Positions 55,724 through 64,000 of a stretch of 64,000 nt of DNA are shown here, piece after piece (position 1 is the stretch's first letter; every line of letters begins with the position of its first letter). The position numbers and the translations under genes were made by a program. Below the pieces are notes generated by a model that ran no database searches, was not told the origin of the DNA, and saw only the letters and a list, made by a program, of their open reading frames with translations. Source of the DNA: an uncultured Actinomycetota bacterium (lineage in GTDB: Bacteria > Actinomycetota > Actinomycetes > Actinomycetales > Dermatophilaceae); assembly GCA_963757405.1 (NCBI GenBank), contig CAVWRI010000020.1:7379-71378 (forward strand), in the 5' to 3' direction.

Positions 55724-57067
55724 TCACCGGGGCTCGGCCAGCAGCTGCAGCAGAAGCGCCTGGGCGACGACGAGCTTCTCGATCTCGCTGGGGTCGACGC
55801 TCTCGTCGGAGGCGTGGATCCGCGCGAGCGCCGTGTCCTCGGGCCCCCAGAGGATGAACTCGGACCTCGGTGACACCTGCTGCAGGGTCCGCAGCAGCGG
55901 GATGGACCCACCCGAACCTGCTTCTCCCACAGGCTTGCCGAAGGCCTGCTCCAACGCCTTGCGCGCCGCGTCGTAGCCCGGGCCGGAGGTGTCACAGCGG
56001 AACGGTGGGGCCTCCTTGGTGCGCTTGACGCTCACCTGCGCCCCCCAGGGCGCGTGGGACTCGAGGTGGGCGACGAGGGCATCGAGCTCGGCCTTCGGGT
56101 CGCTGCCGGGGGCGATCCGCATGGAGATCTTCGCCTTGGCCTCGGGGATGAGCACGTTCGACGAGCCCGCGATGCGGGTCATGTCGACGCCGATCGCGCT
56201 GATCGACGGGTGGGCCCACAGCCGGTCGGCGACCGTGCCCGTGCCGACCAGCTCGACACCCTCGGCGACGTCGGCGCTGGACCGCAGGTCCTCCGGCGAC
56301 ATGTCGGCACCGGCCCACTGACCGGTCGTGACCCCGGCGACTGCAACGTCCCCGTTCTCGTCGTGCAGGGTCGAAAGCAGCCGGGCGAGGGCCATCATCG
56401 CGTCGGGCACGGGGCCACCGAACACACCGGAGTGCAGCGGGTGCTCCAGGGTGCGCACCGAGACCACGCAGGCCACGTCGCCGCGCAGGGCCGTGGTGAG
56501 CACTGGCTCGCCGACCGTCAGGTTGCCCATGTCGCACACGATGAAGACGTCGCAGTCGAACAGCTCCGGGTGGGCCTCGACGAACGCCTCGAGGTTGCTC
56601 TCGGTCTCCTCCATCCCCTCGAGCACCAGCTTGACCGTGCACGGCGGCTTGCCGTCGAAGATCCGCAGGGTGCCCAGGTGGGCCACCAGCCCGCCCTTGT
56701 CGTCGGCGGCTCCCCGCCCGAAGATCCGGCCGTCCTTGTGGGTCGCGACCCAGGGGTCGGTCGACCAGCCCTGCTCCGGCGGGGCGGGCTGCACGTCGTA
56801 GTGGGCGTAGAGGATGACGACCGGGGAGCCCTCCGGCCCCTGGATCTCGCCGTAGATCGGCGGGAACCCCGTGGGCACGTCCATCAGCCGCGCGTTGGTG
56901 AACCCCGCCTCCTGGAACAGTGCGAGGGTCCGCTCGGCCATCTGGTGCACGGGCTCCTCCGGGTAGCCCGGGAAGGCGATCGACGGGATCGCCACCAGCT
57001 CCTCGAGGTCGCTGAGGATGCCGGGCATCAGCGCGCTGGCCTTGCCGGAGATCTCGGGAACCTCCAT
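55724..57067 (-). CDS. M20 metallopeptidase (dipeptidase/CNDP-like)
   Basis: YAHYDVQP, GRGAADDKG, EGMEE, HSGVFGG, GGSIP, IHASDES. Confidence 0.92.
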   Translation of the reverse strand: MEVPEISGKASALMPGILSDLEELVAIPSIAFPGYPEEPVHQMAERTLALFQEAGFTNARLMDVPTGFPPIYGEIQGPEGSPVVILYAHYDVQPAPPEQGWSTDPWVATHKDGRIFGRGAADDKGGLVAHLGTLRIFDGKPPCTVKLVLEGMEETESNLEAFVEAHPELFDCDVFIVCDMGNLTVGEPVLTTALRGDVACVVSVRTLEHPLHSGVFGGPVPDAMMALARLLSTLHDENGDVAVAGVTTGQWAGADMSPEDLRSSADVAEGVELVGTGTVADRLWAHPSISAIGVDMTRIAGSSNVLIPEAKAKISMRIAPGSDPKAELDALVAHLESHAPWGAQVSVKRTKEAPPFRCDTSGPGYDAARKALEQAFGKPVGEAGSGGSIPLLRTLQQVSPRSEFILWGPEDTALARIHASDESVDPSEIEKLVVAQALLLQLLAEPR

Positions 57068-57113
57068 GGGGGTACCGCCTTCCTGTGGTGCGACGTCGAG
57101 GTGTTGATGTGGG

Positions 57114-58469
57114 TCAGAAGAAGATGGCGCCGATCGCCGCGCCGACGACGACCGTCGTGACGGACAGGACGAGCATCGGTACGAAGAAGCTGTGGTCGAG
57201 CAGCTTGGTCCCCAGCTTGGTGGTCCCGGTGGCGTCGAAGTTGGCCGCCGCGATCTGGGTGCCGTTGGCCGGCAGCGTGTAGACGCCGCCGAGGGCACCG
57301 GCCCACATGCCGGTGACGACACCGGCCGGCAGGCCCGCGGCGAGGCCGATCGGCACGATCGTCCGGGTGGCCGTCGACTGGCTCGTCGTCAGGGCCGCCA
57401 CGAGGAACACGGCCAGGGCGAAGATGAACTCCCAGTTCGTGACCCACTCCCCGATGGTGCTGATGATGTACTCCTCGTGGGCGTCGATGAAGGTGGCCGT
57501 CAGCCACGCGATACCGAACAGCGCGATCGCCGAGATCATGCCGGCCTTGAAGACCGACTGGTCCGGAACCGACTGCACGTCGGGGCGCCCCAGGAACAGG
57601 ATGATCACGCCGACCACGAACATGACGAGCACGATCGTGCTCGTCATGTCGACGGACACGGTCTCGCCGTCCACCTCCCAGGAGGGGCGCAGGTCGGGGA
57701 AGAGCCCGAAGATCACGATCGCGACGACGCCGAGGAGGAACGCGAGGGCCGAGTTGCGGCCCCGTGCCGTGAAGGTGAGCTTCGCGGCGGCCGACTCGCC
57801 GTCTGCCGCTGCCGCCTCGGGCGGGGCCAGCTCCCCGGAGGTGATCTTCGCCTGCACCTCGGGGTCGTCGTCGAGGTCCTTCCACATCCGGTTGACCACG
57901 AGGGAGGTCACGATGATGCCGATGACGCACGCGGGCAACGTGATCGCGAGGATCTGCCCCAGGCCCAGGTCGTAGGGAGCGACGTCGGTCAGCGTCAGCA
58001 TGGCGGCCATGGCGGCCGAGACGGGCGACGCGGCGAGCGCGATGCCCGACTGGACGACGGTCACCGTCAGGGGTCGCGAGGGCCTGATGCGGTTCTTGTA
58101 CGACACGTCGTAGATCACCGGGAGCAGCGGGTAGATGATGTTGCCGGTCCCGGAGCCGATGCAGAAGAGGAACGCCGTCAGCGGCGCGATGAGGGTGATC
58201 TGCTTCGGGCGCTTCTCGATGATCCGCGCGGCCATCGCCACCATCCAGTCGATGCCGCCCGCGGCCTGCATGAGAGCTGCGGTCGTGACGACCGCGAGGA
58301 TGATCGCGACGGCGGCGGCCGGCGGCTCGCCGGGCGCCTCGCCGAAGATGAAGACCAGCACGAAGGTGCCCAGGCCACCCCAGAGCCCGACCCCCACTCC
58401 CCCTGCCCGGGTGCCCATGACGATCGAGCCGACGACGACGAGGGCCTCGAGGACGAAGCTGACGCTCAT
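57114..58469 (-). CDS. Anaerobic C4-dicarboxylate transporter, DcuA/DcuB family
   Basis: GTRAGGVG, MQAAGG, LLPVIYDV, RPSRP, ASPVSAA, FD.TGTTK.G..LDHSF. Confidence 0.9.
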   Translation of the reverse strand: MSVSFVLEALVVVGSIVMGTRAGGVGVGLWGGLGTFVLVFIFGEAPGEPPAAAVAIILAVVTTAALMQAAGGIDWMVAMAARIIEKRPKQITLIAPLTAFLFCIGSGTGNIIYPLLPVIYDVSYKNRIRPSRPLTVTVVQSGIALAASPVSAAMAAMLTLTDVAPYDLGLGQILAITLPACVIGIIVTSLVVNRMWKDLDDDPEVQAKITSGELAPPEAAAADGESAAAKLTFTARGRNSALAFLLGVVAIVIFGLFPDLRPSWEVDGETVSVDMTSTIVLVMFVVGVIILFLGRPDVQSVPDQSVFKAGMISAIALFGIAWLTATFIDAHEEYIISTIGEWVTNWEFIFALAVFLVAALTTSQSTATRTIVPIGLAAGLPAGVVTGMWAGALGGVYTLPANGTQIAAANFDATGTTKLGTKLLDHSFFVPMLVLSVTTVVVGAAIGAIFF

Positions 58470-58500
58470 GGCGTCTCCTTCCTTGCGGTGGCGGGGCGGT

Positions 58501-58953
58501 TCATGACGTCGAGCACTGCGTGTCGAGGGCGGAGGCCACCGGGGCGTAGGCCTCCCGGAGGTTCGCCTGCGCCTCGGTGATCTTCGGGCCCAGGGTCTCG
58601 GCTGCGTCGTAGCGGGCCACGATGAGCGACTCACGCATCTCGTCCACGCTCAGCCGGGCGTTGGCGATGGCGGTGTCGAGCCGGCCCTCCGACACGCGCT
58701 GGATCTGGTCGAGGGTGTCGCGCACCTTGTCGGCCTGCAGTCGCAGCGCGTCGACCTGCTGCTGGACCTCGTCGACGTTCGTCGTGTCGATCGGTGGTGC
58801 GGCACGAAGGTCTTCGACGGCCGCCTTCAGGTCGTCGTAGCGCGCGCAGAGGTCCTGGCCGGCCGGGTCGGCACCGCACCCGGCAAGGAGGGCGGCGGCG
58901 AGGAGGGCGGCGGCGAGGAGGGCGGGGGCGAGACGACGGGTAGCGGGGTTCAT
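58501..58953 (-). CDS. Small helical lipoprotein, unknown function
   Basis: Lipobox LAGC; two further Cys (DLC, TQC). Confidence 0.75.
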   Translation of the reverse strand: MNPATRRLAPALLAAALLAAALLAGCGADPAGQDLCARYDDLKAAVEDLRAAPPIDTTNVDEVQQQVDALRLQADKVRDTLDQIQRVSEGRLDTAIANARLSVDEMRESLIVARYDAAETLGPKITEAQANLREAYAPVASALDTQCSTS

Positions 58954-59619
58954 GGCGTCGGCTCCTTCGTCGGCGGGGACAGGGTGGCGATCGCAGCCAG
59001 GGGCCGGGCGGCCAGCACGAGGTCGTCGATGGCGACGTGCTCGGTGCTCGCGTGCTCGTCGACCATCCCGGTCGACAAGGCGACGCACGGAATCCCCTTG
59101 GCATTGAAGAAGCTGCCGTCGGTGCCGCCGCCGGACTTGCGGGCCACCACGTCGAGGCCGAGCGAGCGGATCGCGGCAGCGGTCTCCCGGTAGGGCCGTG
59201 CGTCCTCGGCGTTCTTGTAGGTGCGGTGGATCTCCTCGGCCTCGAACTCGACCGTGGCTCCTCGCGCCGCTGCGGCGTCCTGGCAGGCCCGGCGGATCGC
59301 GGCGAGCTGCGCCGTCTCCTCGTCGATCCGCCCGAGGGTCATGGCGGCGATCGCGTCGGCCGCCACCTGGATGGCGCTGACGCCCTTCCCCGGCTCCACT
59401 CCCGCGTGCGCCTTGCGGCCGCGGAAGGTGATGGTCACGTAGACCGACGTCGGCGACCAGGAGGTGATCGAACCCATGACGCCCGCGCCCACCCGGCCGA
59501 TCTCCTCCCACCGAGACGACGAACTCATCGTCGGTGCGACGGCCCGTCGGGGTGTCGACGGCCACCAGGTCCAGGACAGTGGGCAGGAGTCGGTCACGAT
59601 CCACCCCCGTGGTGTCCAT
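58950..59619 (-). pseudogene. Internally deleted peptidase T-like M20 peptidase
   Basis: EEIG, AHAGVEP.KGVSAI, LGRIDEET, SGGGTD, H..TE retained; HxD and DD metal-site block missing. Confidence 0.75.
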
Positions 59620-59715
59620 CCGTGCCGCCCCTCCCGTGGAGCCGAGGCTCGGCGGGCGGACGACCCGGGAGTGGCTCGGACGTGCCGACCGTATTGACAG
59701 CGACATCGTCGAACG

Positions 59716-59765
59716 TCACCCGCAGCGGGTGAGCGCCTGTTGAAGGGTTCTCCCCGAGCGGGTCA
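59716..59765. promoter_or_regulatory. Tandem TCACCC-N5-GGGTGA palindromes, copies 6 and 7
   Basis: TCACCC-GCAGC-GGGTGA (59716-59732), 22 bp upstream of TACGGT (59688-59693, minus); TCTCCC-CGAGC-GGGTCA (59749-59765) offset by 33 bp. Confidence 0.72.
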
Positions 59766-60401
59766 GCGGCTCTCGACGTACCAGGTCTCGCGAACGGTGC
59801 GGCGCCACGTGGCTCGCTGCCGGATCTGCGCCGCGATGCCGATGAGGATCAGCGCCAGCAGGGTCAGGTACCAACCCCAGCTGTCGTTGACCGCCTGGGT
59901 GAACGCCGCCTGGGTGAAGTCGCTGGAGTTCAGCGACCCCACGATCAGCATCAGGCCGGCGACCACGCTGACGGCTCCGGCGATCGAGCTGAGGACGGCG
60001 AGCACGATCATCGGCATGTTCCCGAAGACGGAGACCAGGCCCACCACGGCGCCGACGAGGACGCCGACGAGGACTGCGACCCAGTTCCAGTCGATCCCGA
60101 GGGCGACGACCAGTCCGGCGCCGATGGCGAAGCCGAAGGCGGCCATGGCGAGGATGACCGCCACGGCGTAGTAGAGGTACGCGAACAGCGCGAAGACCAG
60201 GGCGAAGACGAAGCCCGAGATCCAGCCGAGGACCGAGCCGAGGAAGCGCTCGTCGGCCAGACCGGCGAAGAGGCCGGCACCGAAGGCGAACCCGGCGAAG
60301 AAGCCCCAGATGGGCAACAAGATGCGCAGGACGTACTGGCCGGCGAAGAGCATGACGCCCCCGGCGATGATCGCGAAGATGCCCAGCACGATGTCAGCCA
60401 T
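59763..60401 (-). CDS. DUF4203-like membrane protein
   Basis: About 7 Gly-rich TM helices, LPIWGFFAGF; TACAGT 6 bp before ATG (leaderless). Confidence 0.78.
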   Translation of the reverse strand: MADIVLGIFAIIAGGVMLFAGQYVLRILLPIWGFFAGFAFGAGLFAGLADERFLGSVLGWISGFVFALVFALFAYLYYAVAVILAMAAFGFAIGAGLVVALGIDWNWVAVLVGVLVGAVVGLVSVFGNMPMIVLAVLSSIAGAVSVVAGLMLIVGSLNSSDFTQAAFTQAVNDSWGWYLTLLALILIGIAAQIRQRATWRRTVRETWYVESR

Positions 60402-60500
60402 GCCCGCACTGTAGGGCTCGCGGTCCTCCACCCGTGCGACGACACGTCTGCCTCGGCACGGCGGATTGGGGGCGCGGTCATCCGCGCGATCGCGTCGACC

Positions 60501-60521
60501 ATCTGGCACGTATCTGGCACG
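60501..60521. repeat. Tandem ATCTGGCACG repeat near tRNA-Tyr 3' end
   Basis: atctggcacg-t-atctggcacg. Confidence 0.6.
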
Positions 60522-60531
60522 CCGGGCAGGA

Positions 60532-60576
60532 GAAAGGCCCCTTCATCATGCGTTTCCGCAGGTGAAGGGGCCTTTC
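60532..60576 (-). terminator. Hairpin downstream of tRNA-Tyr
   Basis: gaaaggccccttca...tgaaggggcctttc 14-bp stem. Confidence 0.8.
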
Positions 60577-60583
60577 GCACGGG

Positions 60584-60664
60584 TGGCAGGTGAAGGATTC
60601 GAACCTTCGAAGCTTTCGCGACGGATTTACAGTCCGCTCCCATTGGCCGCTCGGGCAACCTGCC
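60584..60664 (-). tRNA. tRNA-Tyr(GTA), no encoded CCA
   Basis: GGCAGGTTGCCCGAGCGGCCAATGGGAGCGGACTGTAAATCCGTCGCGAAAGCTTCGAAGGTTCGAATCCTTCACCTGCCA; long variable arm. Confidence 0.96.
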
Positions 60665-60723
60665 TGGTGCGCATGGAAGGATAGCAAGCCGCACCCGGCA
60701 GACCGAATCGACCAGGAGGACCC

Positions 60724-61218
60724 GTGGCGGACAGCAGCTTCGACATCGTCAGCACCTACGACAAGCAGGAGATCGCCAACGCCGTCAACGCCGCCGCGAA
60801 GGAGATCGCGAACCGGTACGACTTCAAGAACGTGGGTGCGCGCGTCGAGCTCGCGAGCGAGGTCATCAAGATGGAGGCCAGCACCGAGGAGCGCTGCAAG
60901 GCCGTCCTCGACGTCGTCCAGACCTGGCTCGTCAAGCGTGGGGTGTCCCTGAAGCACCTCGACGTCCCGGAGGCCGGACCGCGCATCTCGGGCAAGGAGT
61001 ACAAGCTCGACTGCCCGCTCAAGGAGGGCATCTCCTCGGAGAACGCGAAGAAGATCACCAAGATCATCCGCGACGAGGGGCCGAGGAACGTCAAGACCCA
61101 GATCCAGGGCGACGAGGTGCGCGTCACGAGCAAGTCGCGCGACGACCTCCAGGCCGTTCAGCGCCTCCTCAAGGAGCAGGACCTCGACGTCGCACTGAAC
61201 TACACCAACTACCGCTGA
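60724..61218 (+). CDS. yajQ: YajQ-family nucleotide/c-di-GMP-binding protein
   Basis: [32 protein letters not shown]. Confidence 0.96.
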   Translation: MADSSFDIVSTYDKQEIANAVNAAAKEIANRYDFKNVGARVELASEVIKMEASTEERCKAVLDVVQTWLVKRGVSLKHLDVPEAGPRISGKEYKLDCPLKEGISSENAKKITKIIRDEGPRNVKTQIQGDEVRVTSKSRDDLQAVQRLLKEQDLDVALNYTNYR

Positions 61219-61261
61219 GCGGCCCTGTCGGACGGGCGGGGGGCTGACGTAGCGTGAGGCG

Positions 61262-62650
61262 ATGAGCGAGCGCCCCGCAGCGACCACCGTCGGCGAGCTC
61301 CGCGCCTCCGGGCACGAGGCCCGCTCGGTGCGCGCCGAGATCCGCGCCAACCTCCTCGGCGCCCTCGCCGCCGGCCGCGACCCGTGGCCGGGGCTGCACG
61401 GCTTCGGGTCGACCGTCATCCCCCAGCTCGAGCGGGCGCTGCTCGCCGGCCACGACGTCGTGCTCCTCGGCGAGCGCGGCCAGGGCAAGACCCGCCTCCT
61501 GCGCAGCCTCGTCGGGCTGCTCGACGAGTGGTCGCCCGTGCTGGCGGGGAGCGAGCTCGGCGAGCACCCGTTCGAGCCGGTCACCGTCGAGTCGCGGCGT
61601 CGCGCCGCCGAGCGCGGCGACGACCTGCCGGTGGAGTGGCGCCACCGCGACGAGCGGTACGCGGAGAAGCTCGCGACCCCGGACACGAGCGTCGCGGACC
61701 TCATCGGCGACGTCGACCCGATGCGGGTGGCCGAGGGCCGGCGCCTGGGCGACCCCGAGACGATCCACTTCGGCCTCATCCCCCGCAGCCACCGCGGGAT
61801 CGTCGCGATCAACGAGCTGCCCGACCTCGCCGAGCGCATCCAGGTCGCGATGCTCAACGTCATGGAGGAGCGCGACATCCAGATCCGCGGGTACGTCCTG
61901 CGCCTGCCCCTCGACGTCCTCGTCGTCGCCAGCGCCAACCCGGAGGACTACACGAACCGCGGCCGCATCATCACGCCGCTCAAGGACCGCTTCGGCGCCG
62001 AGATCCGCACGCACTACCCCCGCGAGCTCGCCGACGAGGTGGCCGTCATCCGGCAGGAGGCGCACCTGGTGGCCACCGTGCCCGACGCGCTGCTCGAGGT
62101 GGTCGCACGCTTCACCCGGTCGCTGCGCTCCTCGCCCGCGGTCGACCAGCGGTCGGGCGTCTCGGCCCGCTTCGCCATCGCCGCCGCGGAGACCGTCGCG
62201 GCGGCCGCGCTGCACCGGTCGACGGTCGTCGGCGAGGACGACCCGGTCGCCCGCGTCGTCGACCTCGAGGCGGCGCTCGACATCCTGCGCGGCAAGGTCG
62301 AGTTCGAGTCGGGTGAGGAGGGGCGTGAGCGCGAGGTGCTGGCCCACCTCCTGCGCACGTCCACGGCCGAAACCTGCCGTCGCAGCCTCGGCGGCATCGA
62401 CCTCCACCTCGTCGTCGAGGCGATCGAGGATGGCGCGCTCGTGACGACCGGCGAACGGGTCGGCGCCCGTGACTTCCTGGCGGGGCTGCCCGTGCTCGGT
62501 GAGTCGACGGTCTACGACGAGGTGTGCGACCGGCTCGGGGCCCGCTCCGACGGCGAGCGCGCCAGCGCCATCGAGCTCGCCCTCGAGGGCCTGTACCTCG
62601 CACGCCGCATCTCCAAGGACAGCTCCGACGGGGAGACGGTCTACGGATGA
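61262..62650 (+). CDS. Mg-chelatase-like AAA+ ATPase (Rv0958-like)
   Basis: GERGQGKT, EKLATPD, INELPDL, SANPEDYTNRG, DRFG. Confidence 0.88.
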   Translation: MSERPAATTVGELRASGHEARSVRAEIRANLLGALAAGRDPWPGLHGFGSTVIPQLERALLAGHDVVLLGERGQGKTRLLRSLVGLLDEWSPVLAGSELGEHPFEPVTVESRRRAAERGDDLPVEWRHRDERYAEKLATPDTSVADLIGDVDPMRVAEGRRLGDPETIHFGLIPRSHRGIVAINELPDLAERIQVAMLNVMEERDIQIRGYVLRLPLDVLVVASANPEDYTNRGRIITPLKDRFGAEIRTHYPRELADEVAVIRQEAHLVATVPDALLEVVARFTRSLRSSPAVDQRSGVSARFAIAAAETVAAAALHRSTVVGEDDPVARVVDLEAALDILRGKVEFESGEEGREREVLAHLLRTSTAETCRRSLGGIDLHLVVEAIEDGALVTTGERVGARDFLAGLPVLGESTVYDEVCDRLGARSDGERASAIELALEGLYLARRISKDSSDGETVYG

Positions 62651-64000
62651 GCGGGGCGGGCAGGGGACGCACGGCGCGCTACGCCCGGTACGCCGGGGGT
62701 CCCGACCCGCTCGCGCCTCCGGTCGACCTGCGCGAGGCCCTCGACGCCATCGGCGAGGACGTCATGGCTGGGTCCTCCCCCGAGCGCGCCATGCGCGAGC
62801 TGCTGCGGCAGGGCACGGCCTCCCGGGTCGGGCTCGACGAGCTGGCCCGTCAGGTCGCGCAGCGTCGCCGCGAGCTGCTCCAGCGGCACTCGCTCGGCGG
62901 CACGCTCGACGAGGTGCGCCGACTGCTCGACGAGGCCGTGCTCGCGGAGCGCAAGCAGCTCGCCCGTGACCTCGACGACGACGCCCGCTTCGCCGAGCTG
63001 CGGATGGAAGGGCTCCCGGCGTCGGCGGCGGCCGCGGTCACCGAGCTGGCCGACTACCCCTGGCGCAGCAGCGACGCCCGCGAGAAGTACGAGCAGATCA
63101 AGGACCTCCTCGGCCGCGAGATGCTCGACCAGCGCTTCGCGGGGATGAAGCAGGCCCTCGAGAACGCCACGCCCGAGGACCGCGAGCGGGTCGAGCAGAT
63201 GCTCAGTGACCTCAACGACCTCCTCGCGGCGCACGCCCGGGGCGAGGACACGACCGAGCAGTTCCGCGACTTCATGGACCGGCACGGCGACTTCTTCCCC
63301 GAGCAGCCCGAGACCGTCGACGAGCTCGTCGACGCCCTCGCCGCGCGCGCCGCCGCCGCGCAGCGGATGCTCGCGTCGATGACCCCCGAGCAGCGCGCCG
63401 AGCTCGCCGAGCTGTCGATGCAGGCCTTCGGGTCGCCCGGGCTCATGGACCAGCTCTCGGCGCTCGACGACGCGCTGCGGGCCCTTCGGCCCGGAGAGGA
63501 CTGGGACGGCTCGGAGCAGTTCCGGGGACAGCAGGGGCTGGGCCTCGGCGACGGCACCGGCGTGCTCCAGGACATCGCCGAGCTCGACTCGCTCGCCGAC
63601 CAGCTCGCGCAGGCCCACCCCGGGGCCCGGATGGACGACGTCGACCTCGAGGCGCTGGCTCGGCAGGTCGGCGACGAGGCCGCGGTCGAGGCCCGGGCCC
63701 TCGCCGAGCTCGAGAAGGCGCTGCGCGACAGCGGCTACCTCACGCGCGCCGCCGACGGCAGCCTGCGGCTGTCACCGCGCGCGATGCGCGAGCTCGGCCG
63801 CTCGCTCCTGCGCGACGTCGCGGGCCGGCTGTCCAACCGGCAGGGGGCCCGTGACGTGCGGGCCGCCGGGGCGGCCGGCGAGCCGAGCGGGGCGACCCGG
63901 GCCTGGGAGTTCGGCGACACCGAGCCCTGGGACGTCACCCGCACGATGACCAACGCGCTGACGCGGACGGCGGCCGAGCCCCCTGCAGGGCGCGACGGCA
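62647..64000 (+). CDS. Rv0959-like VWA-family protein, 3' truncated (absent from ORF track because no stop)
   Basis: ATGA overlap; frame +1 MSGAGRGRTARYARYAGGPDPLAPPVDL...WEFGDTEPWDVTRT open to window end. Confidence 0.82.
   Translation, partial: MSGAGRGRTARYARYAGGPDPLAPPVDLREALDAIGEDVMAGSSPERAMRELLRQGTASRVGLDELARQVAQRRRELLQRHSLGGTLDEVRRLLDEAVLAERKQLARDLDDDARFAELRMEGLPASAAAAVTELADYPWRSSDAREKYEQIKDLLGREMLDQRFAGMKQALENATPEDRERVEQMLSDLNDLLAAHARGEDTTEQFRDFMDRHGDFFPEQPETVDELVDALAARAAAAQRMLASMTPEQRAELAELSMQAFGSPGLMDQLSALDDALRALRPGEDWDGSEQFRGQQGLGLGDGTGVLQDIAELDSLADQLAQAHPGARMDDVDLEALARQVGDEAAVEARALAELEKALRDSGYLTRAADGSLRLSPRAMRELGRSLLRDVAGRLSNRQGARDVRAAGAAGEPSGATRAWEFGDTEPWDVTRTMTNALTRTAAEPPAGRDG

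Noticed and set aside
58884-58925. Tandem repeat gcggcggcgaggagg
   Set aside because: Encodes ALLAA repeats in the lipoprotein signal peptide; ordinary slippage.
60402-60500. TCACCC-N5-GGGTGA site upstream of DUF4203 (also checked upstream of AI-2E)
   Set aside because: Only half-sites are present, none at the 22-23 bp spacing.
42900-60600. Intact prophage, ICE or IS element
   Set aside because: No integrase, transposase, relaxase or phage structural genes recognised.

Overview
High-GC actinobacterial chromosome segment; gene content and order suggest Micrococcales, possibly Intrasporangiaceae (inference). A conserved core block on the left (aminotransferase, add, murB, two MaoC dehydratases, rpmG, tRNA-Met, tRNA-Thr) is separated from tRNA-Tyr, yajQ and an AAA+/VWA pair on the right by about 55 kb of mostly accessory genes. 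These include nfo, an ECF sigma/anti-sigma pair, clc-yrhK-gadB, icmF, a two-component system reading into DUF4173, a secreted VWA protein, a form II cox-type molybdoenzyme cluster, a single-chain multidomain acyl-CoA carboxylase, a GT2-HlyD-GH81 operon and a peptidase-dcu-MFS-lipoprotein operon. Many genes before about 37.6 kb, including essential murB, are broken by single-base indels that look like long-read errors, so their coordinates are approximate. Main signals: (1) a 17-bp palindrome TCACCC-N5-GGGTGA recurs in seven copies, four of them 22-23 bp upstream of a -10-like hexamer, suggesting an activator regulon of acid-stress and transport genes whose regulator is not identified here; (2) a candidate beta-1,3-glucan (curdlan-type) synthesis operon; (3) apparent over-representation of GGATGCC/GGCATCC, often through non-preferred codons; (4) a transposase-less HTH cassette flanked by inverted repeats between add and murB. 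All family assignments are from motif recognition; no database searches were run.
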